Shown piece after piece: positions 51,980 through 64,000 of a stretch of 64,000 bases of DNA (its first letter is position 1; every line of letters starts with the position of its first letter). The notes under the pieces were generated by a model. That model had not been told where the DNA came from and did not search any database. It was given only the letters and a program-made list of their open reading frames with translations. The position numbers were made by a program, and so were the translations under genes. Origin of the DNA: Mobula hypostoma. Lineage: Eukaryota. The stretch covers positions 209,190,001 through 209,254,000 of the forward strand of contig NC_086097.1 of NCBI RefSeq assembly GCF_963921235.1, read 5' to 3'.

Positions 51980-52560
51980 ATCCTTTATCTTACTTGTTGA
52001 AAGATTGTGTTGACATGTTGGAAGTGCCAGTGAATTAAATCGTTAATGTCTGCCTTCACTAGGAAAACTGACTCCTGTGATATGGGAAGTGGTCCATATT
52101 TTCCAGGATTCTGCCATTAAACCATATTGAGGATTGGGATGCAAAGACAGCGAGTCGGTTGAGGACCTCTGTCTTGCAGATATTGAGCGCATGGGCCGTC
52201 CTTTTGGTTGCTTCAGCAATTGAGTCAATGATGGCTGGGAGTTCAGCCCTCGAGCACGCAGGCTTTGTCTGAATGCTGCAACTTGACTGCTGTGTTATAG
52301 ATGATCTTCATTCTGGAATGTAATTTAACTCTATTCCCACAAAAACTATTGGAAGAGAGATGCAACACTGTGGTAAGAAAGATTGTGAAAAGTGTTGGGC
52401 AATGGGGCAACCTTGTTTGACATAACTGCCTTGAGATTGATTGTATTGTGGGTTCATTGATTAAGACCATGACTTCAATGTTATTGTGGAATCTCTATAT
52501 GGAGCCACAATGAGTATGTGGGATATTGCTTAACAGCTCTGATCTCTGTCAAGTGAAGAA
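51980..52560 (-). mobile_element. Highly degenerate RTE-clade RT fragment
   Basis: Remnants PTLFTIFLTTVLHL and ILENMDHFPY. Confidence 0.5.
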
Positions 52561-52684
52561 TATAGCTCCAAGAGAGATAAAGTGCAGCAAAAAATTACTG
52601 GATTCATTCATGGGATTGTATTTTGCCAAAAAGTGGAGACATTAATCTGTTCTGCAATTAGAAGAGTGAAGGAAGGTTTCATTA

Positions 52685-53345
52685 AAGACCTTTCACTCAA
52701 CATCAGTAAGTCCAAAGAGCTGATTATGGATTGCAGAAAGGGTAAGATGAGAGAAAATGAACTAATCCTCAGAGGGATGAAGAGTAGAGAGAGTGAGCAA
52801 CTTCAAGTTCCTGGGTGTCAGGACCTCTGAGGATCTAACCTGGTCCCAACATATCGACGTAGCTATGAAGAATGCAAAACAGGGGTATATTTCAGGACTC
52901 ACCGAAGGGTCTCGGCCCGAAATGTCGACTGTACTTTTTTCCATAGATGCTGCTTGGCCTGCTGAGTTCCTCTAGCACATTTTCAAGACCATTGCCTCAG
53001 AAATACGGCATCCATCATTAAAGACTCCCACCATGCAGGACATTCCCTCTTCTCATTGTCACCATCAGAAAGGAGGTACAGAATCCTGAAGGCGCACACT
53101 CAACGATTCAGGAACAGCTTCTTTCCCTCTGCCATCGAATTTCTAAATGGACATTGAACCTATGAACACTACCTCACTATATTTTTATTTCTGTTTTTGC
53201 ACTACTAATTTTAATTTAGCTATTTAATATACACATATATATACTTACTGTAATTCAGTTTTTCCCTATATTTATCATTGTACTGCCGCTGCAAAGTGAT
53301 CAAATTTCTTGACAGTGCCAGTGATATTAAACCTGATTCTGATTG
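52685..53345 (+). mobile_element. Rex1/Babar 3' end containing a PLE pLTR scrap (about 52890-52980)
   Basis: LSLNISKSKELIMD, FKFLGV.TSEDLTWS, RFRNSFFPSAI; tail attaaacctgattctgatt. Embedded gaagggtctcggcccgaaatgtcgact. Confidence 0.75.
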
Positions 53346-54283
53346 TGAAGTGTGTAAGGTTCCGACATGATTTAAGGCAATGATAGAGAGTTAATACACC
53401 TCCTCAATCTTACATCCTTCACAACTATTCAAGGATATGATAAATAGCCTTTGCCCAGAGGAATGACAACTCCTCGGATTGTCTTTCTAAGAAGGCTGTG
53501 GGAGCAGTGGCTCAGTTGCTCACTATATTCAAGATGTTTTAGAAGGACATGAGGGAGGAAAATAAGTGCTGCTGGGGTAAAATTTCAGGCACAATTTGAT
53601 TGGATGATGGATCTGGAATGAAGACTTTACTTTGCTTCAGTTTCTTATACTCCAATAAGATACGTAGCAAATACCACAGCCTCCAAATTACTGATTATGG
53701 TAAGAACTTAATAGTTAATATTTTAAAATAAAATTCTAGAAACATTTAGCTGATCAGACAGCAAGTGTGGAAAGAAACACAAGTTAAAGTTTCAGGTCAA
53801 AGACCATTTGTTGTAACTAGAAAAAAGAGAAAACAAGTTAGTTTTAAATTACCGTGAAGGTGGAAGAAGGCAAATACACACAATTTAGTGGTACAGTTAC
53901 AGTAGGACAAGAGAATATCTCCAGATGGCCGAGGCCAGGATTTCCATGGTAATGAGTTGTTGATGAAATCATCTCCTTGATAGATTAACAAAGAGAGGAG
54001 AAGTGGAAAAAAATGGTCATGTTACAGGTGTAAGTTCAGGTTAGTGCTGGAGAAAATGCCCAGCAGATCAGTCTACGTCAATGGAGAGAGAAGCAAAATT
54101 AGTTAATATTACAGATGGATAACCTACAACAGAACCAGCAAGTTCTGATACAAATCAATAACTTGTTTTCTCTGTTAGATATTTCATGACTCTTAGCAAA
54201 GAAATACACTGCCAGAAATATATTTTGATTCTCTTTTAACCTTTAACATTTGATTAAAAGCATAATCTTACTATGTCCTTTAG

Positions 54284-54387
54284 CTCTTTTTGAAGTTTCT
54301 GTAAAAAAGAAAGGGATTCAAGTGTTCAACAGTGTGGTTACCCCAAATCTTGCTCTTGCTATTGAACATAATCATGTCACTGCTTTG
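54284..54387 (+). CDS. RP1: Host gene exon 8: beta-trefoil (ALFEVSVKKKGIQVFNSVVTPNLALAIEHNHVTAL)
   Basis: Acceptor tcctttag|CT and donor TTG|gtaagg; 104 nt, phase 1 to 0. Continues the trefoil strand pattern. Confidence 0.85.
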
Positions 54388-54777
54388 GTAAGGAAATTCA
54401 ATATGTTTAACTTCATAGTATAGGAGCAAATAATAAATTATGATGCAGCTTCATGTTTCAGATTGATCATTTAATATTTGAAAGAAAGCAAAGCTTTCTA
54501 AGCAAAGGTTGATAATGAAAGGAATTGTGGCCCTATATAACTGATTTATTTGTGTTTGTCAGTAGCCTTTAAATCTAGAATCCCAACTTTTACAAAGTTC
54601 AAAGTAAATTTATTATCAAAGTACAAATATGTCGACATATACAACCCAGAGATTTATTTTCTTGCAGCCATTCACAGTAATTACAAGAAAATCAATGAAA
54701 GACTGCACCCAACAGGAAGGACCAACAATCAATGTGCTAAAGAAACAAACTGTGCAAATACAAAAAGAAAAAAAAGA

Positions 54778-56675
54778 ATAATAATAATAATAATATGGCT
54801 ACAGATCCTGCAACCCGCTTGGGGAGGGTGGGTGGGGGGTGCTCTGTACAGATGAATGTTGCACCCGTTACCTCTATCTCTCTCAGTTGTGGACGAGTGC
54901 CTGGGTTGCAACAAAGGTCTCTCCAGTCTGCTCTGCAATGTTGTCTGCCCATTTCTTCCTTTACCTGCCCCTTTTTCTTTTCCCCTGCACTGCTCCCTGA
55001 AGAATGGCCTTTGAGAATCCACTTGATCTGGTTATTTGGTCATACCATCTCAGTTTCCTCCACTTTACTGTGGACAGTTGATCTTAGTGTCTCATGTACT
55101 GGGTGACAGTTCTTTGTACTTCATTGTTGGTGACATGGTCTATATAGGAAATGCTGAGAAGCATTCTGAAGCATCTCATTTCCATTGTCTGGATCTTCTT
55201 TGGCAGTTCTGCTGTCAAAGTCCATGATTCGCATGCATACAGGAAGATCAAGAGCGCATGTGCATGCAAGAGTTTCAATTTGGATCTGAGAGTGATGTTA
55301 TTGTCTCTCCAGATTGGTTTTTGTTTAGCCAGCATTGCTGTTGTTTGGGCTGTCCTTGCAAGGACTTCAGACTTTGAATCGTCCTGGTTGATGGTGACGT
55401 CAAGATACTTGATCCATTTGACAGTCTCTAGTTCTTGTCCACTGACTGTGATTTTTGTTGTGATTGGCTCCTCGCTGTTTCTCATCAGCTTAGTTTTCTC
55501 TGCACAGATCTCCATGCTATATCTGGTAGATGCATCATCCAGACAGCTCACAAGGCAGACCAATTCATCCTCACTTTCTCCCAGCCCATCAATGTCATTG
55601 GTGAACCTGAGGTTGGTTATGATCTGTCTTTCAATGCTGATTGTGCCAATATGGTCCTCCAGGGCATCTGTCATTATTTGCTCCAGGAAAATGTTGAATA
55701 GTATGGGTGAAAGGAGGCAACTTTGTTGAATAGCATGGGTGAAAGGAGGCAACTTTGTTGGATTCCAGCAGATGTGTGGAACCAGTCTCCAACTATGCCT
55801 TGAACAATTATCACACTGCTTTGGTGTAGATGGTTTGGATCAGCTTCTGGCCCTTGTTGTATCTCTTCATTGTGGCCAGAGTGCATCATGCAACACCATA
55901 TTGAATGCCTTATTGAAGTCTATGAACACACGGAAAATGGGCTGTTGATATTGGTTGTACTTCTTGTACAGTACTTGCAGGTTGTATATCTATTCTGTTG
56001 TAGTTCTTCCACTTCTGAATCCAGCCTGTGCCTCATAATCTTCGGTGATTATTTCTTCTACCTGTGGTTTTAGTCTGTTCAAGATTACTTTCAACATCAC
56101 TTTGTTTGCATGACGCTAAGGTTTATGGTTCTATAATTCTGGCACTGCTGTAAGTTGCCTTTCTTGGGGAGGCAGGGTGACGATGAGTGATTTTGTCTAG
56201 GGTATTGGCCATTCCCCCATCTGCCAGATTTTATTGCAGATATTAATGAGGATGGCTATCACTGACTCTCTCTCATGTTTTATCAGCTCAGCTGAGATAT
56301 TGTTTATTCCTGCAGCCTTCCCATTCTTCAGTGATCTTTAGATTATGAGAACACTCAGTCCTCTTTTATTGTCATTTAGAAATGCATACATGCATTAAGA
56401 AATGATACAATGTTTCTCCGGCGTGATATCACAGAAAACAAGACAGACCAAAGACTAACACTGACAAAACCATATAATTATAACATATAGTTACAGCAGC
56501 TTCTACATCTTCCCGCAGAATTGGAAAGCCATTGTCGTTTGACGAGTCCTGGCTTGTGAGTAAGTTGGGGTCTCCTTGCATCTGATGGTTGTAAAGGTCT
56601 GAATAATATTCAGTCCATCTTTTGAGAATGTCTTCATCTTCTGTGAGATGTTACCCTTCTTTGTCTTGGATAGTG
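54778..56675 (-). mobile_element. RTE-clade (BovB-like) LINE RT region with (ATT)n tail, interrupted at about 56338-56500 by a Rex-type tail
   Basis: ORF 55084..55752: LLSPILFNIFLE, ITNLRFTNDI, LYACESWTL, EMRCFR. (TAA)n on the + strand at 54778-54794. Confidence 0.85.
55692..55760. repeat. 32-bp tandem duplication inside the RTE fragment
   Basis: tgttgaatagYatgggtgaaaggaggcaactt occurs twice, plus a partial third copy. Confidence 0.85.
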
Positions 56676-59040
56676 CTAATAATAATAAATAAGCAGTAGA
56701 TATTGAGAACATCAGATGAAGTGTCCTTGAAAGTGAGTCCATAGGTTGTGGGAGCAGTTCTGTGATGGGATGAGTGAAGTTGAGTGAAGTTATCCCCTTT
56801 GGTTCAAGAGCCCAATTTTTGAGGGGTAATAATTGTTCCTGAACCTGGTGGTGAGGATCCATTCAAGGGCATTGGTGCATCCATATCAGGGAATAATGCA
56901 AGAGGTCAATATACTCTCCACTGCTCATCTATAGAAGTTTGTTAAAGTTTTAGATAGCATGCCGAATCTTCACAAATTTCTAAGAAAATAGAGGTGCTGA
57001 AGTACTTTCTTCATAATGGCGCTTATGTGCTTAACCCAGAACAGATCCTCTGAAATGGTAACACTGAGAAATTTGTTGCTGACCCTCCCCACCTCTGATC
57101 CCCATGGACCTCCAGTTTCCATCTGCTGCAGTCAATAATCAGCTCCTTGGTTTTGCTGACATAGATAGATACATACTTTATTGATCTCAAAGGAAATTAC
57201 AGTGTCACAGTAGCAATATGAGTTCACAGATGTACAGTATAAGAAGAAAAGTAAGAAAAGTAAATAAAAAATAAGTTACTTTAAACAGTCTAACAGGAGA
57301 AGTCATCACTTGCCTGGCTGTAAGTTGACTCATTATAGAGCCTTATGGTCGAGGGTAAGAATGACCTCATAGAGCGCTCATTGGAGCAGCACAGTTGCCT
57401 TAGTCTATTACTAAAAGTGCTCCTCTGTTCAGCCAAGGTGGCATACAGAGGGTGAAAACCATTGTTTAGAATTTCCAGGATTTTCCATTGGGTCCTTTGT
57501 TCTACCACAGCCTCCAGTGTGTCCAGTTTGACTCCTATAACGGAGCTAGCATTTCTAATGTTTATTGAACCCATTGGCATCACCCGTGTTGATGCCATTG
57601 TCCCAGCACCACCACCACCCCCCCACGTAGAAGATTGTACTGTGACAACTGACTGGTAGAACATGTGAAGGAGAGGCCTGCACACTCCAAAGGACCTCAG
57701 TCTCCTCTGGAAGTAGAGGCGACTCTGGCCCTTCTTGTACGCAGCCTCTGTGTTGGTGCTCCACTCAAGTCTGTCATCCAAGTGCACACCCAGGTACTTG
57801 TAGGCCCTCACCACATCCACGTCCTCACCATCAGTAGTAACAGGGAGCAGCGTAGGCTTAGTCTTCCTAAAATCCATCTCCATCTCCTTTGCCTTACTGA
57901 TGTTGAGCTGCACATGATTCAGCTTAACCATTCAACAGGAGGATGTATTCATCCTTCTGTCCTCCCTTTATACACCCAACTATGGCTGAGTCATCAGAGA
58001 AGTTCTGCAGATGACATGATTCAGTGTTTTGTATCTAAAGTCTGAGGTATACAGGGTGAACAGGAAGGGAGCCAATGCAGTCCCCCGTGGGGCCCCAGTG
58101 CTGCTTATAGCCATGTCTGACAGACAGCTCTGAAGCTGCACAAACTGTGGTCTGCCAGCCAGGTAATCCATTATCCAGGATACAATGGAAGTGCCAACCT
58201 GCATTCAACAGAGCCTTTTCCCCAGCAATGAGGGCTGTATGGTATTGAAGGCACTTGAGAAATCAGAAAACTTGATCCTCACATGCTGCTCTGCTTATCC
58301 AAATGGGAGCTGGCTCTGTTCAGCAGGTAGATGACAGCATCGTCAACTCCAATGTGCTCCTATTAGACAAGTTGCAGGGGATCGAGGACTGATCTGACCA
58401 GGGGTCAGAGGTGAGCCAGGACCAGCCTCTCCAGGGGCTTCATGATGTGTGAGGTCAGGGCCACTGGATAGTAGCCATTCAAGACGTTTGGTCAGCACCT
58501 TCTTGGTACTGGGACCACACATGATAAATTCCACACTGTCGGGACCTCCTCCAGGCTGGGACTCAGATTGAAAATGCGCTGGAGAACTCCACATAACTGC
58601 TCAGCACACTCCTTCAGGACCTTGGGGTTCACACCATCCAGTCCCAATACTTTGCCGTGTCTCAGCTTCCCTAAAGCACTTCTCACCTGTTCAGTACTGA
58701 AAGTGAGTCCATGATGACTGGGGAGTTGGTGGAAGGTGGGGAATGGGGAAGGTAAAGATCAGGACAATAGCAGTTGGTGAGTGGAGGTGTGGAGGTGTGG
58801 ATGGTAGGTATAGGGGAAGGAGGGGATGTAGACAGTGGTAGCCTGTGCTGTTCATCCATGTGTTGATCTGGGGGTGGGGGGTTGTGGAGTTGAACTCAAT
58901 GTTGCATGTTGAGTGAGAGGTTGTTGTTATGGCACCACTCAGCCAGATTTTCAATCTCCCTCCTATCTGCTGATGTGTCACCATCTTTGAGTTGGCCAAT
59001 GACAGTCAGTAAACTTAAATACAGCATTGAATGTGTGCTT
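56676..59040 (-). mobile_element. Stacked Rex1/Babar LINE fragments (main RT copy about 57165-58690)
   Basis: ORFs 57290..57931 (YKYLGVHLDDRLEWS...RSFLPSTIRLYN), 57980..58204 (STGAPRGTALAPFLFTLYTSD) and 58492..58686. Confidence 0.8.
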
Positions 59041-59218
59041 AGTCATAAGCAAGAGTTTTACAGGTAAAGTTAGTATAACTCCTCTGCTAACTACAATTTG
59101 AGTCAAAAGGTTTAAAAAAATATTAATATGAAATATTTATCATTGTCTTTTAATTGTCAGTACAGTGGATAAGCTGTAGAGCAAGTGGTATACATTAGCA
59201 ACTTGCAGGAAAATATCT

Positions 59219-59425
59219 GGAGGAACTCAGCAGGTCGGGCAGCATCCGTGGAAACGATCAGTCGACATTTCGGGCCGGAACCCTTCATCAGGACTCTGAG
59301 TCCTGACAAAGGGTTCCAGCCCGAAACGTCAACTGATCGTTTCCACGGATGCTGCCCGACCTGCTGAGTTCCTCCATCGTGTTGTGAGTGTTGCTTTGAC
59401 CCCAGCATCTGCAGATTATTTTGTG
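59219..59425. mobile_element. PLE-derived 207-bp foldback element with two head-to-head hammerhead remnants
   Basis: 79-bp inverted arms 59218-59296 and 59298-59376; 16-bp TSD TTGCAGG(A/T)AAATATCT at 59203-59218 and 59426-59441. Confidence 0.82.
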
Positions 59426-59994
59426 TTGCAGGTAAATATCTAGTTTTTCATTGAATAACAATCAAAGTTCTTCATATAATCAGATGCAAGCCCAAATAAA
59501 GGAGAAATGTGAAAGGAATATAATATGCAGTGACCTGAAATATTAATTTGGTTTCTCTCCCCACCCATTCAGAACATCTATCATTTTCTATATTTTCTTC
59601 AGATTTCTTTATCTGCAATTTATAAAAAGGTTCAGTATGGATTACAATTTGAGCAGTAGACCTTTGAATGAGATACAATTTCAGGGAGATTGAGAATAGG
59701 AGAGAGGCCATTACTGGATTGAACCATGTGTGTCTGAAGGTGATGCAGTAAGTACAATGAAGGTTTCAACAGCAGATAAGATGAGTTAGCAGCAAAGATG
59801 GATCGCATTACAGAGAAGGATGGACTATACACTTGGAAGCTTATTTCAGGGTCAAAATAATTTTGTGGTTGTGAACAGTTTGATTCATCCTGGCTTAAGT
59901 GTAGTACTATGCCAAATGTTATGAAATTTGTGGAAAGAAATAAAGTCATATAGCTCATATAATACAGACTGTCAGATATGAAGTTGGCCTAGTA

Positions 59995-60457
59995 CGTCAC
60001 AGTAAAACCCTCCCAACCATTGAGCACATCTAGATAAAACGTTGCCATTGAATCCATCATCAAAGATCCTCACCACCCAGGCCGTGCTCTTTTCTCGCTC
60101 TTGCCATCAGGTAGAAGGCACAAGAGCCTCAAGACTAGCACCACCAACAGTTACTACCCCTGTGAATGTAACAACAGTTACTACCCCTCTATCATCAGGT
60201 TCCTGAACAAAAGCAGATAGCTACACTTATTTAAGGACTGTTATGTTGTTATTTCATGCTTGTTATTGATTGCTATTTACTTATATCTGCATTTGCACAG
60301 GATATTTAAAGTTTATAGTTCCTGGTGTTTACAGTTTACAGTTACTGTTCTATAGATTTGCTAAGTATGCCCAGAAAGAAAGAATCTCAGGGTTTTATGT
60401 GGTGACATGTACTGTATGTACTCTGGTTATAAATTTTACTTTGAACTTTGAATTTTG
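59995..60457 (+). mobile_element. Rex1/Babar 3' end
   Basis: SIIKDPHHPGRALFSLLPSGRR; tail aataaattttactttgaactttgaattttga. Confidence 0.75.
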
Positions 60458-60786
60458 AGTATAGTGAAGTCTATCATCATTTCTTAGATTAGCCTACATG
60501 TGAATGCAGATCCTTCAAAGTGTTTAAATCTAAACTTCTTCTTTAGTGACAGTTGGTCAATAAAGGCTTGCTTTGTCTGCAATCTCCACATATTTGTTAT
60601 TATATATAATAATATATGTTATAATATATAGTCATATAAGATTACTTCCCTAATTTATATGAGAGAGAGTGAGAGAAAGAGAATACTGTATTTTAATACA
60701 CTGCTGAGCTATATCTTGTATATTTTTAATTGTTAGAAATGTATTTCAAGAGACAAAATATATTGACCAAAAGTTTTTCATTACAG

Positions 60787-60963
60787 GACAAAAATGGACC
60801 TTTGTGTGAATTGACAGTTCACCCTAAGACAAATCGTTCTGTAATACTAGAGTCTGTTCAGATTGCTGGACAAATAATTGCATTTAACAAAGAAGGGACC
60901 CCGGTTGTGGCAACATCTAAGGTGAACCCAGAGATGATCAAGGAATTTGTTGTTCATGTTAAG
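60787..60963 (+). CDS. RP1: Host gene exon 9: beta-trefoil end (DKNGPLCELTVHPKTNRSVILESVQIAGQIIAFNKEGTPVVATSKVNPEMIKEFVVHVK)
   Basis: Acceptor cattacag|GAC and donor AAG|gtaaag; 177 nt, phase 0 to 0. Within ORF 60730..60990. C-E...ES....IAFNKEG.P parallels the FGF EC.F...S....AL.K.G.P pattern. Confidence 0.88.
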
Positions 60964-62544
60964 GTAAAGACAAAAATAAGGAAGTATTAAAAGGAGTTTA
61001 GTTTGAATATTATTGTGAATAACTTTACTACTAGTTTTCTTAATATTAGTGATGAATTTATCTATAATGCTCAAGTAAAAAGGCAGAATATGACCTACAG
61101 AAATTTAATGTGCAACAACTGATCATGAAAACAAGTGATGTTTTGCTATTCAACAATATGCAATGAATGTCAGCAATTTTGGGTAGTATTTGATTGCCCC
61201 ATGTCTTCCATTCATGAGAAAGAGCTTGCAAAACTCCTATGGAGTCTTTCTTCAATGAGAGTTAAAGGGAATTTCCCAGAGTAGATGCATGCAAACACTC
61301 AAAATCTCTGCTTTGGGTTCCCTATACTCCTCCTTGGTAATCATACCCAACACCATTCAAAGGTAATCTTTGAGTCAACCAACAGTCTGCCCTATTAATG
61401 TTTTGACACAACCTTAACATCTCCTTCAGGACCCAACACCATCGCTGACTACCACTTCCCCAACCAAAGACCTTACCAGATAACCCACGGTAGCTGCAGA
61501 CATTCCGCTAGCTCAAGTGATTTTCAGCTTCCTGACTCATCAATGGCTTACACAAAGCAGCTGTAGGGTTTTGGACTCAAAGTACACAGCAATTTAACAG
61601 GGAGGCATATGGTAAATTTTGGCTCACAATATTAAAGTTAATCATGTAGGATATAGGAAAGGAAATAAGGTGAAAAGGGAGATTGAGTTTAAAAGGGCCA
61701 TGAGAAAGAAACAAATTTAAAGAATATTTTGCAGGCACTTACAACAATTATTTAAGAGCATAGCTCTTACTCATTTTGTTAAAAAGCTAAATTTATTCAA
61801 ACATTGATGCATAGCTGTGTGTTGTATGTAGAGCACCGTAATAGTTACTTTTCTGTTAATGAAGAGGTTACATTAGAATTAGTGGGCTGAATGGCCTCTA
61901 TCCAACCCATAACTTTCTAAGATTGTGCAGAAATACCAATGAACGTCCAAATAAATTTTAAAATGCTGATTTTTATACTATTATTATTGATGAGGTTATA
62001 ATTTTGACAGAGAGAAATCAAAATCCTGCCAAATTCATCCAGTATTTAAAAAAAATCATCCATAATGAACTGATAAGTAGAATCAGCAGCAATATCAGTA
62101 AAGGAAAGTACTGCAGATGAAAATATGAAACAAAACTACTTTTGATGAACTTGGTCAATTCTGCTTGTTTTCCGACCAGCTTTGTTGAATAGTTGTGGAA
62201 TTTTCTATTTCAGAGATATAGCTAAATTTCCCAGTAACATTCCTCAATTAATGCTCTTAATTTAAAGCTCTTAAAATCCAGATTAATCTCACATCCATTT
62301 TGTTTTGTTTTGTGACAAGTTGAATTAGTTGAAACAAGAATTAAGTAGCTTTGTTTACTTGCCATTGATTGCAGGAGTGATTATTTCTTTACATTTAATT
62401 AGTTTTCTACTTTGATGATTAAATCTCAATTAACATATAACTGTATATGCTTTTAGAATGAAACAAAAAGTATATATAATAGCCCATATTTGGCTGAGTG
62501 AGGCTGTTGCCTGGGAAAACCGCATATGTTCGCCTATCGACACA

Positions 62545-63750
62545 ACCGATGAACAGATGACGTAATAGCCACAGCTCTACAAACCATCCTTACACACCTG
62601 GAGAAGAGGGATGCTTATGTGAGAATACGGTTCTTGGACTACAGTTCAGCCTTCAACACCATAATTCCCTCCAGGCTTGACAAGAAGCTCAGAGACCTCA
62701 GCCTTCACCCTGCCTTGTGTAGCTGGATCCTGGACATCTGTCAGATCACCGACAGGTGATCTCATCTCTTCCCCTCTGACCCTCAACACAGGAGCCACCC
62801 AGGGCTGTGTCCTAAACCCCCTCTTTTACTCTGTGTACCCATGACTGTGTTGCCACCCACAGCTCCAATCTGCTAATTAAATTTGCAGATGATTCTACAT
62901 TGATTGATCTGATCTCAAATAATAACAAGGCAGCCTACAGAGAAGCAGTCATCACCCTGACACAGTGGTGTCAGGAAAACAACCTCTCCCTCAATGTTGC
63001 AAAAACAAAGGAGCTGGTTGTGGACTACAGGAGGAATGGAGACAGGCTAACCCCTATTGACTTCAATGGATCTGAGGTTGAGAGGGTAAACAGCTTTAAG
63101 TTCCTCAGTGTACACCTCACCAAGTCCTCACTTGGTTTGTACGTACTGGCTGTGTGATGGGAAAAGCACAACAGTGCCTCTTTCACCTCAGACAGCTGGA
63201 GAAGTTTGGAATGAGTCCTCAAATCCTAAGGACTTTCTACAGGGGCACAATTGAGAGCATCTTGACTGGCTGCATCACTACCTGGTATGGGAACTGTACT
63301 TCCATCAATTGCAGGACTCTGCACAGAGTAGTAAGGACAGCCCAGTACATCTGTGGATGTGTACTTCCCACTATTTACAGTAGGACATTTACAGTGACAG
63401 GTGCAAAAAAAGGGCCCGAAGGATTATTGGGGACCCGAGTCAACCCAGCCACAACCTGTTCCAGCTGCTACCATCTGGGAAATGGTACCATGGCATTAAA
63501 GACAGGACCAACAGGCTCCGGGACAGCTTCTTCAACCAGGCCATCAAAATGATTAATTCACGCTGACACAATTGTATTTCTAAGCTATATTGACTCTTCT
63601 GTTGTATATCTTACCGCACATACTATCTATTACAAATTACTACAATTTGCTCATTACGCATTCAGACAGAGACGTAACTTAAAGATTTTTACTCCTCATG
63701 TATGTGAAGGATGTAAGAAATAAAGTCAGTTCAATTCAAGTCAATTCAAT
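62545..63750 (+). mobile_element. Rex1/Babar LINE RT to 3' end
   Basis: [25 protein letters not shown]; ORFs 62900..63552; (ttcaa)n tail. Confidence 0.85.
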
Positions 63751-63794
63751 TAACTCAAGATCTAAAATTGATCAAGATCAAGATCTAGCTTCAG

Positions 63795-64000
63795 AGTCTG
63801 AGTGCAGGTGGATCTTTCCCTAAAGATTGAATTGCAGTTTGAGTCAGTGGTAAGGGAGGCAAATACAATGTTGGCATTCATTTTGAAAGAACTGGAATAT
63901 AAAAGCAAGGATCTAATGCTGAGGCTTTATAGGGCACTGGTCAGACTACTTTTGGAGTATTGTGAGCTGTTTTGGGACCCAAACCTGAGAAGGGATATGC
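63795..64000 (+). mobile_element. CR1 RT fragment running off the window
   Basis: VVREANTMLAFI...YRALVRLLLEYCELFW. Confidence 0.75.

Noticed and set aside
38723..60963. Independent FGF gene
   Set aside because: No start codon or signal-peptide exon of its own; it is joined in frame to upstream PLAT exons, and exon 9 ends in a splice donor rather than a stop.
1..64000. tRNA, rRNA or promoter/CpG-island features
   Set aside because: None recognisable by eye; the CpG-richer patches coincide with young transposons.

Overview
Eukaryotic vertebrate genomic DNA. The CR1/Rex1/RTE/Penelope repeat repertoire suggests a cartilaginous fish, probably a ray (inference). The whole window lies inside one + strand multi-exon gene. 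Nine GT-AG exons (3673-3805, 6061-6212, 10529-10607, 21505-21583, 38292-38368, 38506-38537, 38723-38852, 54284-54387, 60787-60963) join with consistent phases into a stop-free 963-nt/321-aa frame. This frame encodes the end of one PLAT/LH2 domain, a complete PLAT/LH2 domain and an FGF-like beta-trefoil domain, which best fits the extended C-terminal region of RP1 (long isoform). The introns are mostly nested transposable elements: many CR1 LINEs (two near full length, with SGNH-esterase ORF1), Rex1/Babar fragments, three well-preserved RTE-clade LINEs including a full-length 3.35-kb RTE-X-like copy with TSD, a decayed BEL/Pao LTR element, a Harbinger MITE, a Tc1-derived element and two Penelope-like (PLE) families. 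The most notable hidden signals are: (1) nine minimal type I hammerhead ribozyme motifs carried by PLE pseudo-LTRs, two of them intact and sense to the host pre-mRNA; (2) a 207-bp foldback made of two head-to-head hammerheads; (3) a four-part chimeric retro-insertion bounded by one TSD. All family names come from motif recognition by eye, not database searches, and boundaries of old repeats are approximate.
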